From assembly GCF_001194135.2 (NCBI RefSeq), contig NC_068994.1, positions 44,599,933 to 44,663,836 of the forward strand: a stretch of 63,904 nucleotides of DNA, written 5' to 3'. Numbering within the stretch: position 1 is the first letter of the stretch; every line of letters begins with the position of its first letter. Below are positions 63,641 to 63,904 of the stretch, piece by piece. The notes under the pieces were generated by a model. The model had not been told where the DNA came from and made no database searches. It saw only the letters and a list, made by a program, of their open reading frames with translations. The stretch is from Octopus bimaculoides (lineage: Eukaryota). The position numbers and the translations under genes are program-made.

Positions 63641-63904
63641 ATTAATTAAGCAAAACAATAAAACCAGAATATTAGTTTGTTTTTGTTTCGTTTTTTGGTT
63701 TTTTTTTTCATTTTGTAAGTTTTTCTTTCAATTTTAGGATTTAATTTTTTAAATTCTTCTGAATTTTCTTTATCAAAGTGCCATCTGGCTTATTTTACGA
63801 GATGGGAAACGGAGGTACAGAGATGCTGTTCAGTCTCATGTTTCATTATAGTTTTATACCTCCTGCTAAAAGAAAAGGGTAGTTTTTTTTTGGGGGGGGG
63901 GGGG

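Overview
AT-rich, microsatellite-dense animal genomic DNA with five N-gaps. The repeat families and the C2H2 gene cluster point to a coleoid cephalopod, most likely Octopus (inference). Three intronless C2H2 zinc-finger CDSs are well supported: ZNF-A 2181-3521(+), ZNF-B 30478-30993(+) and ZNF-C 41330-43018(-). A and C are paralogues that share unnamed N- and C-terminal motifs and an unusually monotonous Q/N/N finger code. The rest is layered transposon debris: several tRNA-headed SINE families, RTE, I/Jockey-like, Tx1/L1 and HERO-like LINE fragments, mariner, piggyBac-like and hAT MITEs, and foldback elements. The most notable unannotated signal is a set of hammerhead-ribozyme motifs. These include a tRNA-headed, hammerhead-carrying retroposon with Penelope-like insertion geometry just downstream of ZNF-C, a second hammerhead family with a long stem II and base-pair covariation, and a rearranged hammerhead-like core in a HERO-like 3' UTR. 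CpG decay in SINE copies marks a probable methylation-domain boundary near 50.1 kb. No CRISPR, rRNA or intact tRNA genes were found. Everything was read by eye; repeat boundaries are approximate (about +/-10-20 nt unless TSD/TIR-defined).
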